DNA of 61,599 nt, filler included, from Nitrospirae bacterium CG2_30_53_67 (GCA_001873285.1; 6 parts of 6 records of this genome joined end to end with filler, not necessarily neighbours in it), one strand, 5' to 3'; positions 30,333 to 41,952 are shown, counted from the whole stretch's first letter. Translations and numbers: made by a program. The notes: generated by a model from the sequence alone, not told the origin.

Positions 30333-33300
30333 TTTTTGACTTCACCTCCTGATTGATGATATTCCTGCAATGGAAGGACATTCATCTCTCCTCCCAGAAT
30401 GGCTTCGATGCCGTTGACGGCTTCACGCGCCCCTGCTACGGTCGTAAAATACGGAATGGAATAGGTCAAGGCCGTCCGCCGGATCGAATAGGAGTCGAGT
30501 TTGGCAGCCGTCCCCGTCGGTGTATTGATCACCAGATCGATCTCATGATTTTTCATCCGGTCCACGATATGGGGCCTTTCTTCGACGACCTTGTTCACCA
30601 CCTCGGAGATTATGCCGTGTTCCTGAAGGAAGCCTGCCGTACCGCGTGTGGCGATGATCTTAAACCCCATCCTGACCAGCTTTTCCGCTGTCTTGAGGAT
30701 GGGCTGCTTATCCTTGTTCCGAACACTGATAAAGGCATTTCCGGATCTGGGGAGCAAGGTCCCGGAAGCGATCTGGGCCTTGGCATAGGCGTTTCCGAAA
30801 CAGCGGTCGATGCCCATGACCTCACCTGTGGATTTCATCTCCGGGCCGAGGATGGTATCCACTCCCGGAAACTTCAGGAAAGGAAAGACCGCCTCCTTGA
30901 CGCAGACGTAGGGGATCTCACGCTCCTTGGTGAATCCAAGCTCGGAGAGTTTCATCCCGGCCATGAGCTTCGCGCCCAGCTTGGCCAGGGGGACCCCGAT
31001 GGCCTTGCTGACAAACGGAATGGTCCGTGACGCCCTGGGGTTCACTTCCAGGACAAAGATATCCCTGCCGTGCACGGCAAACTGGATGTTCATCAGGCCG
31101 ACGACCTTAAGCTCCTTGGCCATGGCCATGGTCTGACGCCGGACCTCGTCAAGGATACCCTTGTCCAGTGAATAAGGAGGGAGCGAACACGCGGAATCTC
31201 CGGAGTGCACCCCGGCCTCCTCGATATGTTCCATAATCCCGCCGATGACCACATCGCATCCGTCGGAGACGGCGTCCACATCGATCTCAATAGCGTCCAT
31301 GACAAATTTATCGATCAGCACGGGATGCATGGAAGAGGCCTGCACGGCCGAGGCCATGTAGGCCCGGATATCCTCGTCATGATAGACGATCATCATGGCC
31401 CTGCCGCCCAGGACATAAGAGGGCCTGACCACAACCGGATACCCGATCCGTCCTGCAATCTTCAGGGCCTCCTGAAGAGAAGTGGCCGTGCCGTTTTCAG
31501 GTTGTTTCAGGCCCAGATTGTGGAGCAGGCCTTGGAAACGCTCACGGTCCTCGGCTCGGTCTATGGCATCCGGAGAGGTCCCGATGATGCATACCCCTTC
31601 CTTTTCAAGGGGAATAGCGAGCTTCAGCGGGGTCTGTCCGCCGTACTGCACGATGACGCCGTCCGGCTTTTCGGTCCGGACGATCTCCAGGACGTGCTCC
31701 AGGGTCAGAGGTTCGAAATAGAGACGATCCGATGTGTCGTAATCCGTGCTCACGGTTTCAGGGTTGCAGTTGACCATGATGGTCTCATAGCCGATTTCCT
31801 GGAGGGCATAAGAGGCGTGCACGCAGCAGTAATCAAACTCAATCCCCTGCCCGATCCGGTTCGGCCCTCCGCCCAGGATCATGATCTTCTTCCGGCTGCC
31901 GGGGTCGGCCTCGCACTCCGATTCATAGGTCGAGTAAAGATAAGGCGTGTGGGCCTCAAATTCAGCCGCGCAGGTATCCACCGTCTTAAACGTTGCATGG
32001 ATACCCATCTTCTTTCTCATCTCACGGACCAGGCGCTCTTCCCGCCCTCGGAGTTCCCCGATCCTCTGATCGGAAAACCCGTAGGTCTTGGCCTCCCGCA
32101 GCAGTGCTTCGAGGTGGGGTTCCTTCCGGAGGCGGTCCTCAAAATCGATGATCTCCTTTATATTGTGCAGAAACCACCGGTCGATCTTCGTGAGGGAATA
32201 GATCTCCTCCAGGCCCATCCCCCCCCGGAAGGCCTGCCCGATCATCCAGATCCTGTCGGCATTGGGGACCCTGAGGCCTGAGCGGATCTTGCCGGGGTCC
32301 GCATCACGCTCCTCAAACCCGCAGCTGTCGATTTCCATCGAACTCATGGCCTTTTGCAGGGCCTCCTTGAACGTCCTTCCGATGGCCATGGCCTCGCCCA
32401 CGGACTTCATCTGCGTGGTCAGCGTGGCATCAGCCGCCGGGAATTTCTCAAAGGTAAATCTCGGAAACTTGACCACACAGTAGTCCAGCACGGGCTCAAA
32501 AGAGGCCGGGGTCTCCCGGGTGATATCGTTCCGGATCTCATCGAGGGTATAGCCCACGGCAAGCTTGGCCGCGATCTTGGCAATGGGGAACCCGGTCGCC
32601 TTGGAGGCCAGGGCCGAGGAACGTGAAACCCTCGGATTCATCTCAATCACCACCAGTTCCCCTGTCTCAGGATGAACCGCGAACTGGACGTTGGACCCTC
32701 CGGTTTCCACGCCGATCTCCCGGATGATGGCGATCCCGGCATCCCTCATGATCTGGTATTCCTTGTCGGTCAGGGTCTGCGCCGGGGCCACAGTGATGCT
32801 GTCCCCGGTATGGACCCCCATGGGATCGAAATTTTCTATGGAGCAGACGATCACCACATTGTCCTTGCGGTCCCTCATGACTTCCAGCTCGAACTCTTTC
32901 CAGCCCAGGACCGACTCCTCGATCAGGATCTGCCGGATCGGGCTGGCATCCAGACCCCATTCCACGTGGGATTCGAACTCTTCCATGTTGTAACAGATAT
33001 TTCCCCCGGTTCCGCCGAGGGTGAAGGAAGGACGGATGATGTTCGGAAACCCGATCTCATGTGCCGACTCCATGGCCTTTTTCTTGCTGTCCACATAGAC
33101 ACTCTTCGGGAGCGACAGCCCGATCCGCTTCATGGCATCCCTGAACTCCTCGCGGTCCTCGGCCTTGCGTATGGCTTGGATGTCCGCGCCGATGAGCCTG
33201 ACTCCGTACTGATCCAGGATGCCCGCATTTGAAAGTTCAATGGAAATGTTCAGGGCCGTCTGTCCCCCCATGGTCGGAAGAAGCGCATCGGGCCGCTCCC

Positions 33301-33538
33301 TCTCGATGATTTTTTTCAGGGTCGAGAGGGTGATCGGCTCAATGTAGGTCCGGTCCGCAAACTCCGGATCAGTCATAATCGTAGCCGGATTGCTGTTGAC
33401 CAGCACCACCTGAAAGCCTTCCTCCTTCAGGGCCTTGCATGCCTGTACCCCCGAGTAATCGAACTCGCAGGCCTGCCCGATCACGATGGGCCCGGAACCG
33501 ATCAGGAGGATCTTCTTGATGTCATCTCGTTTAGGCAT
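30329..33538 (-). CDS. carB: Carbamoyl-phosphate synthase large subunit
   Basis: [17 protein letters not shown], duplicated ATP-grasp, [16 protein letters not shown] domain. Confidence 0.99.
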   Translation of the reverse strand: MPKRDDIKKILLIGSGPIVIGQACEFDYSGVQACKALKEEGFQVVLVNSNPATIMTDPEFADRTYIEPITLSTLKKIIERERPDALLPTMGGQTALNISIELSNAGILDQYGVRLIGADIQAIRKAEDREEFRDAMKRIGLSLPKSVYVDSKKKAMESAHEIGFPNIIRPSFTLGGTGGNICYNMEEFESHVEWGLDASPIRQILIEESVLGWKEFELEVMRDRKDNVVIVCSIENFDPMGVHTGDSITVAPAQTLTDKEYQIMRDAGIAIIREIGVETGGSNVQFAVHPETGELVVIEMNPRVSRSSALASKATGFPIAKIAAKLAVGYTLDEIRNDITRETPASFEPVLDYCVVKFPRFTFEKFPAADATLTTQMKSVGEAMAIGRTFKEALQKAMSSMEIDSCGFEERDADPGKIRSGLRVPNADRIWMIGQAFRGGMGLEEIYSLTKIDRWFLHNIKEIIDFEDRLRKEPHLEALLREAKTYGFSDQRIGELRGREERLVREMRKKMGIHATFKTVDTCAAEFEAHTPYLYSTYESECEADPGSRKKIMILGGGPNRIGQGIEFDYCCVHASYALQEIGYETIMVNCNPETVSTDYDTSDRLYFEPLTLEHVLEIVRTEKPDGVIVQYGGQTPLKLAIPLEKEGVCIIGTSPDAIDRAEDRERFQGLLHNLGLKQPENGTATSLQEALKIAGRIGYPVVVRPSYVLGGRAMMIVYHDEDIRAYMASAVQASSMHPVLIDKFVMDAIEIDVDAVSDGCDVVIGGIMEHIEEAGVHSGDSACSLPPYSLDKGILDEVRRQTMAMAKELKVVGLMNIQFAVHGRDIFVLEVNPRASRTIPFVSKAIGVPLAKLGAKLMAGMKLSELGFTKEREIPYVCVKEAVFPFLKFPGVDTILGPEMKSTGEVMGIDRCFGNAYAKAQIASGTLLPRSGNAFISVRNKDKQPILKTAEKLVRMGFKIIATRGTAGFLQEHGIISEVVNKVVEERPHIVDRMKNHEIDLVINTPTGTAAKLDSYSIRRTALTYSIPYFTTVAGAREAVNGIEAILGGEMNVLPLQEYHQSGGEVKK

Positions 33539-33548
33539 ATAATGAATA

Positions 33549-33656
33549 GTTCAAAGGGTTCAAGGGTTCAAGGGTTCAAGGGTTCAAGGGTTCAAGGGTT
33601 CAAGGGTTCAAGGGTTCAAGGGTTCAAACCGCTTGAACGGCTTGAACGGTTTAAAC
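33549..33656. repeat. Tandem octamer array (GGGTTCAA)x9 followed by inverted TTGAAC 9-mers
   Basis: Nine perfect units at 33556-33627, then CTTGAACGG CTTGAACGG TTTAAAC. Confidence 0.92.
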
Positions 33657-33665
33657 TTCCCCTTA

Positions 33666-34595
33666 TTAGATCTCCTGGATCCATCCCCGGGTAAGGCCGT
33701 ACTGCTTCAGCAAGGCCTTGGCCCTGTCATACTCCTCCGGCGTAATCCTGCGGCTGATCACATCCTCCATGTCCGGGGCCTTGTGCGCCGGGAAGTACTG
33801 GCTCATCAGGCTGATGGACGTCTCGGGCGATACCTTTTTAGAAATAAACCGCAGGACCTTTTCCGTGCCGGCCATATCCAAGGGAAGAACCAGGTGCCGG
33901 ATCAGAAGCCCCCGCACCGCAATCCCGTCTGAATTCAGCCTGAGATCGCCCGCCTGACGGTGCATCTCCAGAATCGCCTTCCGATTCACCTCAGGGTAGT
34001 CCGGGACGCCCGAGTACTTCATGGAGATCCCGCCGTCTGCATAGCGCATGTCCGGCAGGTAGATGTCCACAACTCCGTTTAGAAGTTTCAGCACATCCAG
34101 GGAGTCATATCCGCTGCTGTTATAAACGATGGGGATTTCAAGACCTGAACGCCGTGCCCTATGCAATCCATCGAGAAGATGAGCGGCCTCATGGGTCGGA
34201 GTCACCCAGTTGATGTTGTGGGCGCCCAGTTCCTGCAGACGGATCATCATTCCTGCCAGTTCTTCCACCTCCGTCTCGACGCCGTGCCCCAACTGACTGA
34301 TGGGGTAGTTCTGACAATAGAGGCAGGAGAGGCTGCAATGCGTAAGAAATAGGGTCCCTGAGCCCCTCCACCCCGAGATCGGGGGTTCCTCGCCATGGTG
34401 CAGATTCGAGCTCGAGATCAAGAGACGATGGTCCGCACCGCAGGCCCCTGCCTCCCCTTCAAGACGTTCGGCGCCGCACTCCCTTGGGCAGAGCCTGCAT
34501 GACGGCCTCATCAAATCGTAGGCGCGCCTCACCCGCTCGGCAAGTTCCTGCTCTGAAAGCTGAAGATATGACGCCCCATGTTCCATGGTCTGCAT
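33666..34595 (-). CDS. Radical SAM protein (PflX-like)
   Basis: CRLCPREC N-terminal motif, HGEEPPISG, CSLSCLYCQN (CxxxCxxC), RHLVLP, MSQYFP. Confidence 0.9.
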   Translation of the reverse strand: MQTMEHGASYLQLSEQELAERVRRAYDLMRPSCRLCPRECGAERLEGEAGACGADHRLLISSSNLHHGEEPPISGWRGSGTLFLTHCSLSCLYCQNYPISQLGHGVETEVEELAGMMIRLQELGAHNINWVTPTHEAAHLLDGLHRARRSGLEIPIVYNSSGYDSLDVLKLLNGVVDIYLPDMRYADGGISMKYSGVPDYPEVNRKAILEMHRQAGDLRLNSDGIAVRGLLIRHLVLPLDMAGTEKVLRFISKKVSPETSISLMSQYFPAHKAPDMEDVISRRITPEEYDRAKALLKQYGLTRGWIQEI

Positions 34596-34634
34596 TTTGC
34601 CGCCGGATCTTACGTGGTTTCAAGGGTTCAAATG

Positions 34635-34684
34635 GTTTAATTCAGCGAGAATTCCCCAGTCGGGGAATTCTCGCTGAATTAAAC
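34635..34684. repeat. Perfect 50-bp palindrome overlapping the carA 3' end
   Basis: GTTTAATTCAGCGAGAATTCCCC-AGTC-GGGGAATTCTCGCTGAATTAAAC (23-bp arms). Confidence 0.9.
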
Positions 34685-35799
34685 TTTTCCATCATCACGA
34701 GAAACCTCTCGAACAGATATCTCGAGTCGTGAGGACCGGGTGATGACTCCGGATGGTACTGAACCGAAAAGATCGGGAGCCGTTTGTGCCTGAGGCCTTC
34801 CACGGTCCGGTCATTCAAATTGATATGAGTCAATTCCACATCCTGATCCGCCCTCTTTAAAAAATCAATATCCACGGCGAATCCGTGGTTCTGTGCCGTG
34901 ATCTCAACCTTTTCGGTCGAGAGATCCATGACCGGCTGGTTCCCTCCGTGATGGCCGAACTTGAGTTTATAGGTCCTGCCGCCCAAGGCAAGGCCTAAGA
35001 GCTGGTGCCCCAGACAGATGCCGAAGATCGGTTTCTGACCGATCAGTCCCCGGATCGTTTCCACGGCATAGGTGACTGCCTCCGGGTCACCGGGACCGTT
35101 GGAGAGAAAAATTCCGTCCGGATTCATATTGAGAATCTCCCGGGCCGTACACCCTGCAGGGACCACCGTGATCCTGCAGCCGAAGCCCGCAAGGATCCGC
35201 AGGATGTTCCTCTTGATCCCATAATCAATAGCGACCACCCGGAACCTCTCCGCAGGCGCCTTGGCATACCCTTTGCCCAAAACCCATTCAGCATCATCCC
35301 AGGCGTAGGGCGTTTGGCAGGTGACTTTCCGCACCAGATCCTGCCCGGCCATGGAGGGCCTCGCCGCAGCCCGGCGGACCAGCGAGACCGGATCGAAATC
35401 CGTGGTGGAGATGATCCCCTGCTGAGCGCCCCGGTCCCGGATATGCCTGGTCAGGGCGCGTGTATCGATCCCGCATATCCCGACGATCCCTTGTTTCTGG
35501 AGATATTCGTTCAGCGAGCAATCGGATCTCCAGTTGCTGGTGATTCCGCTCACCTCCTTGGCCACGAACCCCGAAACATAAGGCCTGCCGGATTCCACGT
35601 CTTCGGCATTGATGCCGTAGTTCCCGATCAAGGGATAGGTCATGGTCACGATCTGACCTTGATAGGAGGGATCGGTAAGGATCTCCTGATACCCCATCAT
35701 GGAGGTATTAAACACAACTTCGCCGCCGTTTTCACCGGCGGCGCCGAATGATTTTCCTTCAAAGACCCGGCCGTCGGCCAAGGCCAAGATTGCTTTCAT
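34642..35799 (-). CDS. carA: Carbamoyl-phosphate synthase small subunit
   Basis: [38 protein letters not shown] before 35799. Confidence 0.98.
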   Translation of the reverse strand: MKAILALADGRVFEGKSFGAAGENGGEVVFNTSMMGYQEILTDPSYQGQIVTMTYPLIGNYGINAEDVESGRPYVSGFVAKEVSGITSNWRSDCSLNEYLQKQGIVGICGIDTRALTRHIRDRGAQQGIISTTDFDPVSLVRRAAARPSMAGQDLVRKVTCQTPYAWDDAEWVLGKGYAKAPAERFRVVAIDYGIKRNILRILAGFGCRITVVPAGCTAREILNMNPDGIFLSNGPGDPEAVTYAVETIRGLIGQKPIFGICLGHQLLGLALGGRTYKLKFGHHGGNQPVMDLSTEKVEITAQNHGFAVDIDFLKRADQDVELTHINLNDRTVEGLRHKRLPIFSVQYHPESSPGPHDSRYLFERFLVMMEKFNSARIPRLGNSR

Positions 35800-35877
35800 G
35801 TTCTCCTCAGTGAGTTCGCTCCTCTTTAAGTAGACAGCATACAGGGAAGAACCGAAAAACACCCGTACCGGAAGATC

Positions 35878-35903
35878 TGTCTGTCTACTGTCTACTGTCT
35901 ACT
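35878..35903. repeat. Heptamer tandem repeat (CTGTCTA) at pyrC 3' end
   Basis: CTGTCTA x3; provides last codons VDSRQ* of pyrC. Confidence 0.6.
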
Positions 35904-37183
35904 CTCTTCTTCCACTCCCCGTCTTCATAGACCACCTTGCCGGAGACCAGGGTACAGACGGCCTTGCCTTTGAGTTCCCACCCGTTGAAGGGGGTGTTCC
36001 GGCTCCTGGAACGGAACCTATCGGTATCCACGTTGAAGGCCGCGTCCGGATGGATCAGAGTCACGTTGGCCGGAGCGCCCTCGCTCAAATCCCAGTTTCG
36101 GAGCCCGAGGATACGGGCCGGGCCGGCTGACATCCGTTCCACGAGCTGTGAAGGCGTGAGAATCCCATCATGGACCAGACGGAGCAAGAGGGGAAGGGAC
36201 GTCTCCAGGCCGATCATGCCGAAGGCCGCGTTTTCAAACTCGGTCTCCTTCTCCGCAATGTTGTGAGGCGCATGGTCCGAGGCCACGGCATCGATAGTGC
36301 CGTCAACCAGCCCCTCGATCAAGGCCTCCCGGTCCGATTGGGACCGGAGCGGCGGGTTCACCTTCAGGTTCGTATCGTACGCCGTCAGGGCCTCATGGGA
36401 CAGGGTCAGATGATGCGGGGTCACCTCGGCCGTCACCCGTACCCCAAGCCTCTTCGCGTTCCGTATCCTTTCCACGGATCCCCTGCTGCTGACGTGCGCG
36501 ATGTGAAGGGCGGCGCCGGTGAGAGTCGAGAGGAGGATATCCCGCTCCACCATGATTTCTTCGGAAACCGACGGAATCCCTGGAAGGCCGAGCCTTGTTG
36601 CGACCTCTCCCTCATGCATCACGCCATTTGCGCTGAGGTTCAGATCCTCGCAGTGGGAGATCACCGGCAGTCCGAAGGTCTTGGCATATTCCATGCCCCG
36701 GCGCATCAATTCGGCATTCATCACCGGTTTCCCGTCATCGCTCAGGGCTGCGATACCTCTCTCGGCCATGTCTCCGATCTCGGCCAGGGTCTCCCCTTTC
36801 TGCCCGCGGCTTAAGGCGCCTACCGGGAAAACATGCACCAATGCGGACTTCCTGGCCTGGGTCATGATGAAATCCGTAACCGATCCCGTGTCGTTGACCG
36901 GGTCTGTGTTGGCCATGCAGGCTATGGCGGCAAATCCCCCCGCCGCCGCGGCCGAAGATCCGGTCTCGATGGTCTCCTTGTATTCGAAGCCGGGTTCACG
37001 CAAATGAACATGGATATCGATCAGCCCCGGCGTCACCCATAATCCTGAGGCGTCAATGACCCTCTCCCCCGAAAGCCCCTTGCCTCTTTGGATGATGCGC
37101 CCTTTTTCGATCCTGAGGTCCATGACCTTGTCAACCCGGTTCACCGGGTCAATCACCCTTCCGCCCTTAATAACCAGACTCAC
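35885..37183 (-). CDS. pyrC: Dihydroorotase
   Basis: [41 protein letters not shown]. Confidence 0.97.
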   Translation of the reverse strand: MSLVIKGGRVIDPVNRVDKVMDLRIEKGRIIQRGKGLSGERVIDASGLWVTPGLIDIHVHLREPGFEYKETIETGSSAAAAGGFAAIACMANTDPVNDTGSVTDFIMTQARKSALVHVFPVGALSRGQKGETLAEIGDMAERGIAALSDDGKPVMNAELMRRGMEYAKTFGLPVISHCEDLNLSANGVMHEGEVATRLGLPGIPSVSEEIMVERDILLSTLTGAALHIAHVSSRGSVERIRNAKRLGVRVTAEVTPHHLTLSHEALTAYDTNLKVNPPLRSQSDREALIEGLVDGTIDAVASDHAPHNIAEKETEFENAAFGMIGLETSLPLLLRLVHDGILTPSQLVERMSAGPARILGLRNWDLSEGAPANVTLIHPDAAFNVDTDRFRSRSRNTPFNGWELKGKAVCTLVSGKVVYEDGEWKKRVDSRQ

Positions 37184-38106
37184 CGCGCCGCCCCCGAATA
37201 GAGAAAAAGAATGGCCATACGTACTGCAACCCCGTTGGTGACCTGATTGAGAATGATCGAATACGGCCCGTCCGCCACATCCGGGGCGATCTCCACACCC
37301 CGGTTGATGGGCCCAGGATGCATGATCAGGACGTCCTTCTTGGCGCCCTTGAGACGGGCCAGGTTCAGCCCGAAGAAACGGGCATATTCGCGAATCGAGG
37401 GAAAGAGGTTCCTCCCCTGCCTTTCCTGCTGGATTCGAAGCATCATCACCACATCCGCCCCTTCAATGGCCTCGTCTATCTGATAGGTGACATCCACTCC
37501 CAGCGTTTCCACTCCGAGGGGAATCATGGTGGCCGGTCCGGCGATCCTCACATGGGCGCCCATCTTATTGAGCGCCAGAATATTGGAACGCGCCACCCGG
37601 CTGTGCGCAATGTCTCCAATGATGGCCACCGTCAGGCCCTCAATCCGTTTTGTTTTCTCCCGGATGGAGAAAAGGTCGAGCAGCGCCTGCGTAGGGTGCT
37701 CGTGCGCGCCGTCGCCCGCGTTGACTACCGAGCACTTGAGCACTCTGGAAAGAAAATGAGCGGCGCCCGCCTTGGAATGCCGGACCACCAGGATATCCGT
37801 GTTCATGGCCTCGATATTACAGGACGTGTCCTTGAGGCTCTCTCCTTTAAGCATGCTGCTGTCGGATGCCGAGATGTTGATGACATCGGCCGAGAGTCTC
37901 TTCCCGGCGAGTTCAAAGGATGTCCGCGTCCGGGTCGAGGGTTCCAGAAAGAGGTTCACCACCGTGACCCCCCGAAGGGCGGGAACCTTCTTGATCTCCC
38001 TTCGGGATACGTCCTTGAACGACTCAGCGGTATCGAGAACGGCCTCGATTTCCTCCCGGCTCAAATCTTCGATTCCAAGGAGATCTTTGCGTTTTCCCCA
38101 GGCCAT
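37180..38106 (-). CDS. pyrB: Aspartate carbamoyltransferase catalytic subunit
   Basis: [29 protein letters not shown]. Confidence 0.98.
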   Translation of the reverse strand: MAWGKRKDLLGIEDLSREEIEAVLDTAESFKDVSRREIKKVPALRGVTVVNLFLEPSTRTRTSFELAGKRLSADVINISASDSSMLKGESLKDTSCNIEAMNTDILVVRHSKAGAAHFLSRVLKCSVVNAGDGAHEHPTQALLDLFSIREKTKRIEGLTVAIIGDIAHSRVARSNILALNKMGAHVRIAGPATMIPLGVETLGVDVTYQIDEAIEGADVVMMLRIQQERQGRNLFPSIREYARFFGLNLARLKGAKKDVLIMHPGPINRGVEIAPDVADGPYSIILNQVTNGVAVRMAILFLYSGAAR

Positions 38107-38146
38107 AATTTTAATTAAAAAATCAAAAATGAAATAATAAAAATAT

Positions 38147-38707
38147 CTATGGGATCTCCCGAAGGATCACCCCGTCCTCATCCCCGTCCTCGGAGAAGCG
38201 GACCCGGATGGTCTGATCGTTTTTTGTCGGCACATATCTTCCTGTATAATTGGCCCGGATCGGAAGCTCCCGGAACCCACGGTCCACCAGAACGGCAAGT
38301 TGAATCATCCTGGCCCGGCCCATATCCATGATGCCGTCCATGGCGGCCCGGATCGTCCTTCCCGTAAAAAGAACATCATCCACAAGGATGATATTCCGGT
38401 CCTCAACCGCCCCCGGTATTTCCGTTCGCAAAAGACTGGGCTGATCAAGCCTGGACCGCAGGTCGTCACGGTACAGGGTGATATCGAGTATCCCCACGGG
38501 AACCCTGACACCGCATTTCTCGAAGATTTTTTCAGCAATCCTGCGGGCCAGGTGGGCGCCGCGGCTCCGGATCCCCACAAGCGTAATTTCGGAGAGGTCC
38601 TGATTCTTGTCGAGGATATCCGCTGCCAGCCGTCCGATCAGGCCTGCCATTTCCTCCCGGTTGATGATCCGGACCTCGACGGTATCGGTTTTTTGTTTTC
38701 TGGTCAT
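38147..38707 (-). CDS. pyrR: Bifunctional pyr operon attenuation regulator / uracil phosphoribosyltransferase
   Basis: [34 protein letters not shown]. Confidence 0.96.
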   Translation of the reverse strand: MTRKQKTDTVEVRIINREEMAGLIGRLAADILDKNQDLSEITLVGIRSRGAHLARRIAEKIFEKCGVRVPVGILDITLYRDDLRSRLDQPSLLRTEIPGAVEDRNIILVDDVLFTGRTIRAAMDGIMDMGRARMIQLAVLVDRGFRELPIRANYTGRYVPTKNDQTIRVRFSEDGDEDGVILREIP

Positions 38708-38721
38708 AATCTCCGGGTCAT

Positions 38722-38767
38722 AAAAAAGGCCTCCTGCTCAATCAGCAAGAAGGCCTCTCAAGGACCC
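38722..38767 (-). promoter_or_regulatory. Putative PyrR-binding attenuator/terminator in pyr leader
   Basis: Minus strand GGTCCTTGAGAGGCC (PyrR-loop-like) running into hairpin GGCCTTCTTGCT-GATTG-AGCAGGAGGCC-TTTTTT. Confidence 0.65.
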
Positions 38768-38830
38768 CGCTTTCTTTCACGGTGAACTCAATCATCTGCG
38801 TCCTATCGCCCTTTTCCTAAGTTTTCTGAC

Positions 38831-38858
38831 ACTATAACATATTCATACACCTTGTCAA
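38831..38858 (-). promoter_or_regulatory. Putative sigma-70 promoter of pyr operon
   Basis: TTGACA-N16-TATAGT with extended -10 TG. Confidence 0.6.
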
Positions 38859-38896
38859 GTCATTTAACGAATCAAAGAATGATCCGGCAAGTATAG

Positions 38897-40273
38897 TTAT
38901 CTCTCTTTCTCCAGATTATAATCCTTGATCTTGGTGAGAAGGGTCTTGTAGCTGACTTTGAGCTGTTCTGCGGCCCTGGTCTTGTTCCAGTCGTTTTCCT
39001 TGAGAACGGACAGCATCATCTCTCGCTCAGCCCTGGCGGCGGCCCGTGCAGCCACTTCCTGAAGTCCTTGCCCTGCAAGGAAATCTCGTGGCAGGCTTTC
39101 CGCAGGATGGACGGTTGAAATCCCCATGTCCTGTGACCCAATCCGGTTGCCGGCGCAGAGGATGGCCCCGCGCTCGATACAGTTTTCCAGTTCACGCACG
39201 TTCCCTTTCCAGACCTGGTTCTGCATCAAGGCAAGGGTCTCTTCTTCAATATGCAGGCCTTTTCTGTTCAGCTCCTTTTCGTATTTCTTCAGGAGGTGAT
39301 CTACCAGAAGAGGAATGTCTTCCCTTCGCTCCCTGAGCGGTGGGATGGTGACGGGGACCACACTGATACGGTAGTAGAGGTCCTCCCGGAACAGGCCCTG
39401 ACGTATGAGATCCTCAAAATTGTTGTTGGAGGCGGAGATGATACGCACGTCGATCTGAATGGTCTTGGTCCCGCCGAGCCGCTGGAAGGACTTCTCCTGA
39501 AGCACCCGCAGGAGTTTCACTTGCAGGGGGGGAGGAAGCTCCCCGATCTCGTCTAAGAAAAGCGTCCCGGTATGGGCCAGCTCGAAGTATCCGATCTTGC
39601 GCCGGTCTGCCCCGGTAAAGGCCCCCCGTTCATAACCAAAAAGCTCACTCTCCAGAAGTTCCGACGGGATGGCCGCGCAGTTGATTGCAATGAAATTAGA
39701 CCTCGCCCTGTCGCTCAACTGATGAATCGACCGTGCAAAAAGTTCCTTCCCGGTCCCGCTTTCCCCCAGGAGGAGCACGGTGCTGTCGGTTGCCGCCACC
39801 TTCCGGATCTTGGCCGCTACCTCCAGAATGACCTGGCTTTTCCCGACAATCTCCGGCATCCCGTATTTTTTAGAAAGAGTCTCCTTTAAAACCATGTTCT
39901 CCCTGGCGATCTTCCGCGCCTCCAGTGCCCGTTTGATCAGGATCAGGAGATGTTCGGTGTCAAAAGGTTTGGTGATGAAATCCATGGCGCCGAGTTTCAT
40001 GGCCTCGACAGCGCGCTCAACGGTCCCGTAGGCGGTCATGATGATGAGATCCACAAGGGCGCCCTCTTCCTTGACAGCGCGAAGGAGGTCGATCCCATCC
40101 ATCTCCGGCATCTGAAGATCGGTCAGGATCAGGTCCACCCAGTTGCTGCGAAAGATATCCATGGCCTCCCTGCCGTCCTTGGCCTCAAGCACATGGTACC
40201 CTTCGGCATGGAGGGTCTGGTTCAGCATCCGCCGCATGCTCGCCTTGTCTTCCACAAGAAGAATATGGTCCAA
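38897..40273 (-). CDS. Sigma-54-dependent response regulator (NtrC/AtoC/PilR family)
   Basis: REC domain (DLQMP), GESGTGKE, GAFTGA, LFLDEIG, GNVRELEN, Fis-type HTH. Confidence 0.96.
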   Translation of the reverse strand: MDHILLVEDKASMRRMLNQTLHAEGYHVLEAKDGREAMDIFRSNWVDLILTDLQMPEMDGIDLLRAVKEEGALVDLIIMTAYGTVERAVEAMKLGAMDFITKPFDTEHLLILIKRALEARKIARENMVLKETLSKKYGMPEIVGKSQVILEVAAKIRKVAATDSTVLLLGESGTGKELFARSIHQLSDRARSNFIAINCAAIPSELLESELFGYERGAFTGADRRKIGYFELAHTGTLFLDEIGELPPPLQVKLLRVLQEKSFQRLGGTKTIQIDVRIISASNNNFEDLIRQGLFREDLYYRISVVPVTIPPLRERREDIPLLVDHLLKKYEKELNRKGLHIEEETLALMQNQVWKGNVRELENCIERGAILCAGNRIGSQDMGISTVHPAESLPRDFLAGQGLQEVAARAAARAEREMMLSVLKENDWNKTRAAEQLKVSYKTLLTKIKDYNLEKER

Positions 40274-40330
40274 AAGATTCCCTCTCTTGCTTTATTCTCG
40301 GTTCTTATCCTCTACGAGCCATCGGCCATA

Positions 40331-40604
40331 TAGTGGGTAAGAAGGGTCCGAGGATTCCAGGGTTCAAGGGTTCAAGTGAAATACTTAAACACAAACAAAA
40401 TCTCCAGAGAAAAACACTGGATCCCTTGACCCCTGATGTTTTTAGCACTTCACCCCGTTAGAGGACAACCTCTAACGGGGTTCACTCGACCCCTTGAACC
40501 CTGGGACCCTCAAACCCTTAAGTCTTTGAAAAGCACTTCACTTGACCCCTGGAATCCTTGACCCCTTGACCCCTGATGTTTTCACCCTCTTTTGGAGATG
40601 AACC
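40331..40604 (-). mobile_element. Octamer-repeat element copy C (composite, with nested 30-bp palindrome)
   Basis: TAGTGGGTAA end, 8-bp repeats in both orientations, TCTTTTGGAGATGAACC end; ACCCCGTTAGAGG-ACAA-CCTCTAACGGGGT at 40452-40481. Confidence 0.8.
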
Positions 40605-40620
40605 TTATCTTATTACTCTC

Positions 40621-41952
40621 TTACGCTTGAGCGCTATGAATCGGAAGGGAGACGATCACCAGGGTCCCCTCCCCTTCTTCGCTCTTGATGGTGAGCGACC
40701 CCTGATGGGACAGGATGGTCTTCTGCGTGATGGCCAGTCCCAGGCCCGTCCCTTCGCGCTTCGTGGTAAAAAACGGCTCAAAAATCTTCTTATGGTTTTC
40801 CTTGGAGATCCCGCATCCGTTGTCATGAATCCAGATCTCCATCCGGCCGGCAATCCGTTTTTCCTGGATCTTGATTTTCCCCTCTCTGCCTACGGCCTCC
40901 AAGGCATTCTTAATCAGGTTGGTCAGGGCCTGCCGGATCAGTGTATGATCCGCATACACGGGAAAAGAATCTTCAAATAAGGTCTCAACCTTGCCCCCGC
41001 TCTTTTTGATCTCTTCGGACAGCACGTCCAGGGATTCCTTGACCAGATCCCCGAGACGGCATTCTTCCCTGTTCAGCTCGACCGGACGGGCAAAATTGAG
41101 AAAATCCGTCAGCATGGCGTCAAAGCTCTTCACCTCTGCCATGATCCCTTCCACCGACTCCTTGAGGAGATCGTTATGAACAGCCTGGCGTTCCACCAGC
41201 CGTGCATACCCCAGGATGGCGCCTAGGGAATTCCGGAACTCGTGGGCGATGCCCGCCGACATCTTCCCCAGGTCCGCCAGGCGGTTCTTCAACTCCACTT
41301 GGCGCTGGAGTTCCTTGACTTCGGTCAGGTCCGTAAAAACGAGCGTTATGCCGATCATCTCCCCATCATCCCCCTTGAGCGGGGAGGCGTTCACTCCGAG
41401 CCATCTCCGCTCGCCGTCCTGCAGGGTGAAGGGAATCTCCTCTCTCAGGATCTTGCGGCGATCCTCAAGGACTTTTTTCAGGATCTCCTTCAACTGATCC
41501 GATCCTTCCATGACCACCTCAAAGGACTTGCCTATGGAATCAACGTCCCTGGGCCAGCCCAGGATCTCGGCCGCGGCCAGATTCATAGACGTCAGATCCC
41601 CTTTACAGTCGAAGGCGATCACGCCGCTCACCATGCTCTCCAGGATGCACTGGTTGTAACGTTCCATCTGCCGGATACGTTCCTCTGCCTCCTGGTGCAT
41701 CTGGATCAGCTCATGCTTTTTCTCGGATATCTCCTTAAGCGTCTTCTGAAAGGTGTTGAAAACGAAGGCCATGTCCCTGCTGCCGCCGCCGGAAGACTTC
41801 CCGGACTCCATCACCCCATCCGGATTAAACGCCTCTTTAACACCCTGCCGGATTTTGCGCAGCCCGTAGATGACGAGAAGAAAGATGAAAAGTGTCAGGG
41901 CGATCAGCCACAAGGCGGCCCTGAACAGGTCCGGCTGATTCAAGGATTCCAT
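40621..41952 (-). CDS. PAS-domain sensor histidine kinase
   Basis: N-terminal TM helix, PAS, AHEFRNSL H-box, NLIKNA, DNGCG, FFTTK, GTGLGL. Confidence 0.95.
   Translation of the reverse strand: MESLNQPDLFRAALWLIALTLFIFLLVIYGLRKIRQGVKEAFNPDGVMESGKSSGGGSRDMAFVFNTFQKTLKEISEKKHELIQMHQEAEERIRQMERYNQCILESMVSGVIAFDCKGDLTSMNLAAAEILGWPRDVDSIGKSFEVVMEGSDQLKEILKKVLEDRRKILREEIPFTLQDGERRWLGVNASPLKGDDGEMIGITLVFTDLTEVKELQRQVELKNRLADLGKMSAGIAHEFRNSLGAILGYARLVERQAVHNDLLKESVEGIMAEVKSFDAMLTDFLNFARPVELNREECRLGDLVKESLDVLSEEIKKSGGKVETLFEDSFPVYADHTLIRQALTNLIKNALEAVGREGKIKIQEKRIAGRMEIWIHDNGCGISKENHKKIFEPFFTTKREGTGLGLAITQKTILSHQGSLTIKSEEGEGTLVIVSLPIHSAQA

Noticed and set aside
33549..33656. Possible CRISPR array
   Set aside because: Contiguous 8-bp units without spacers; no cas genes in the window
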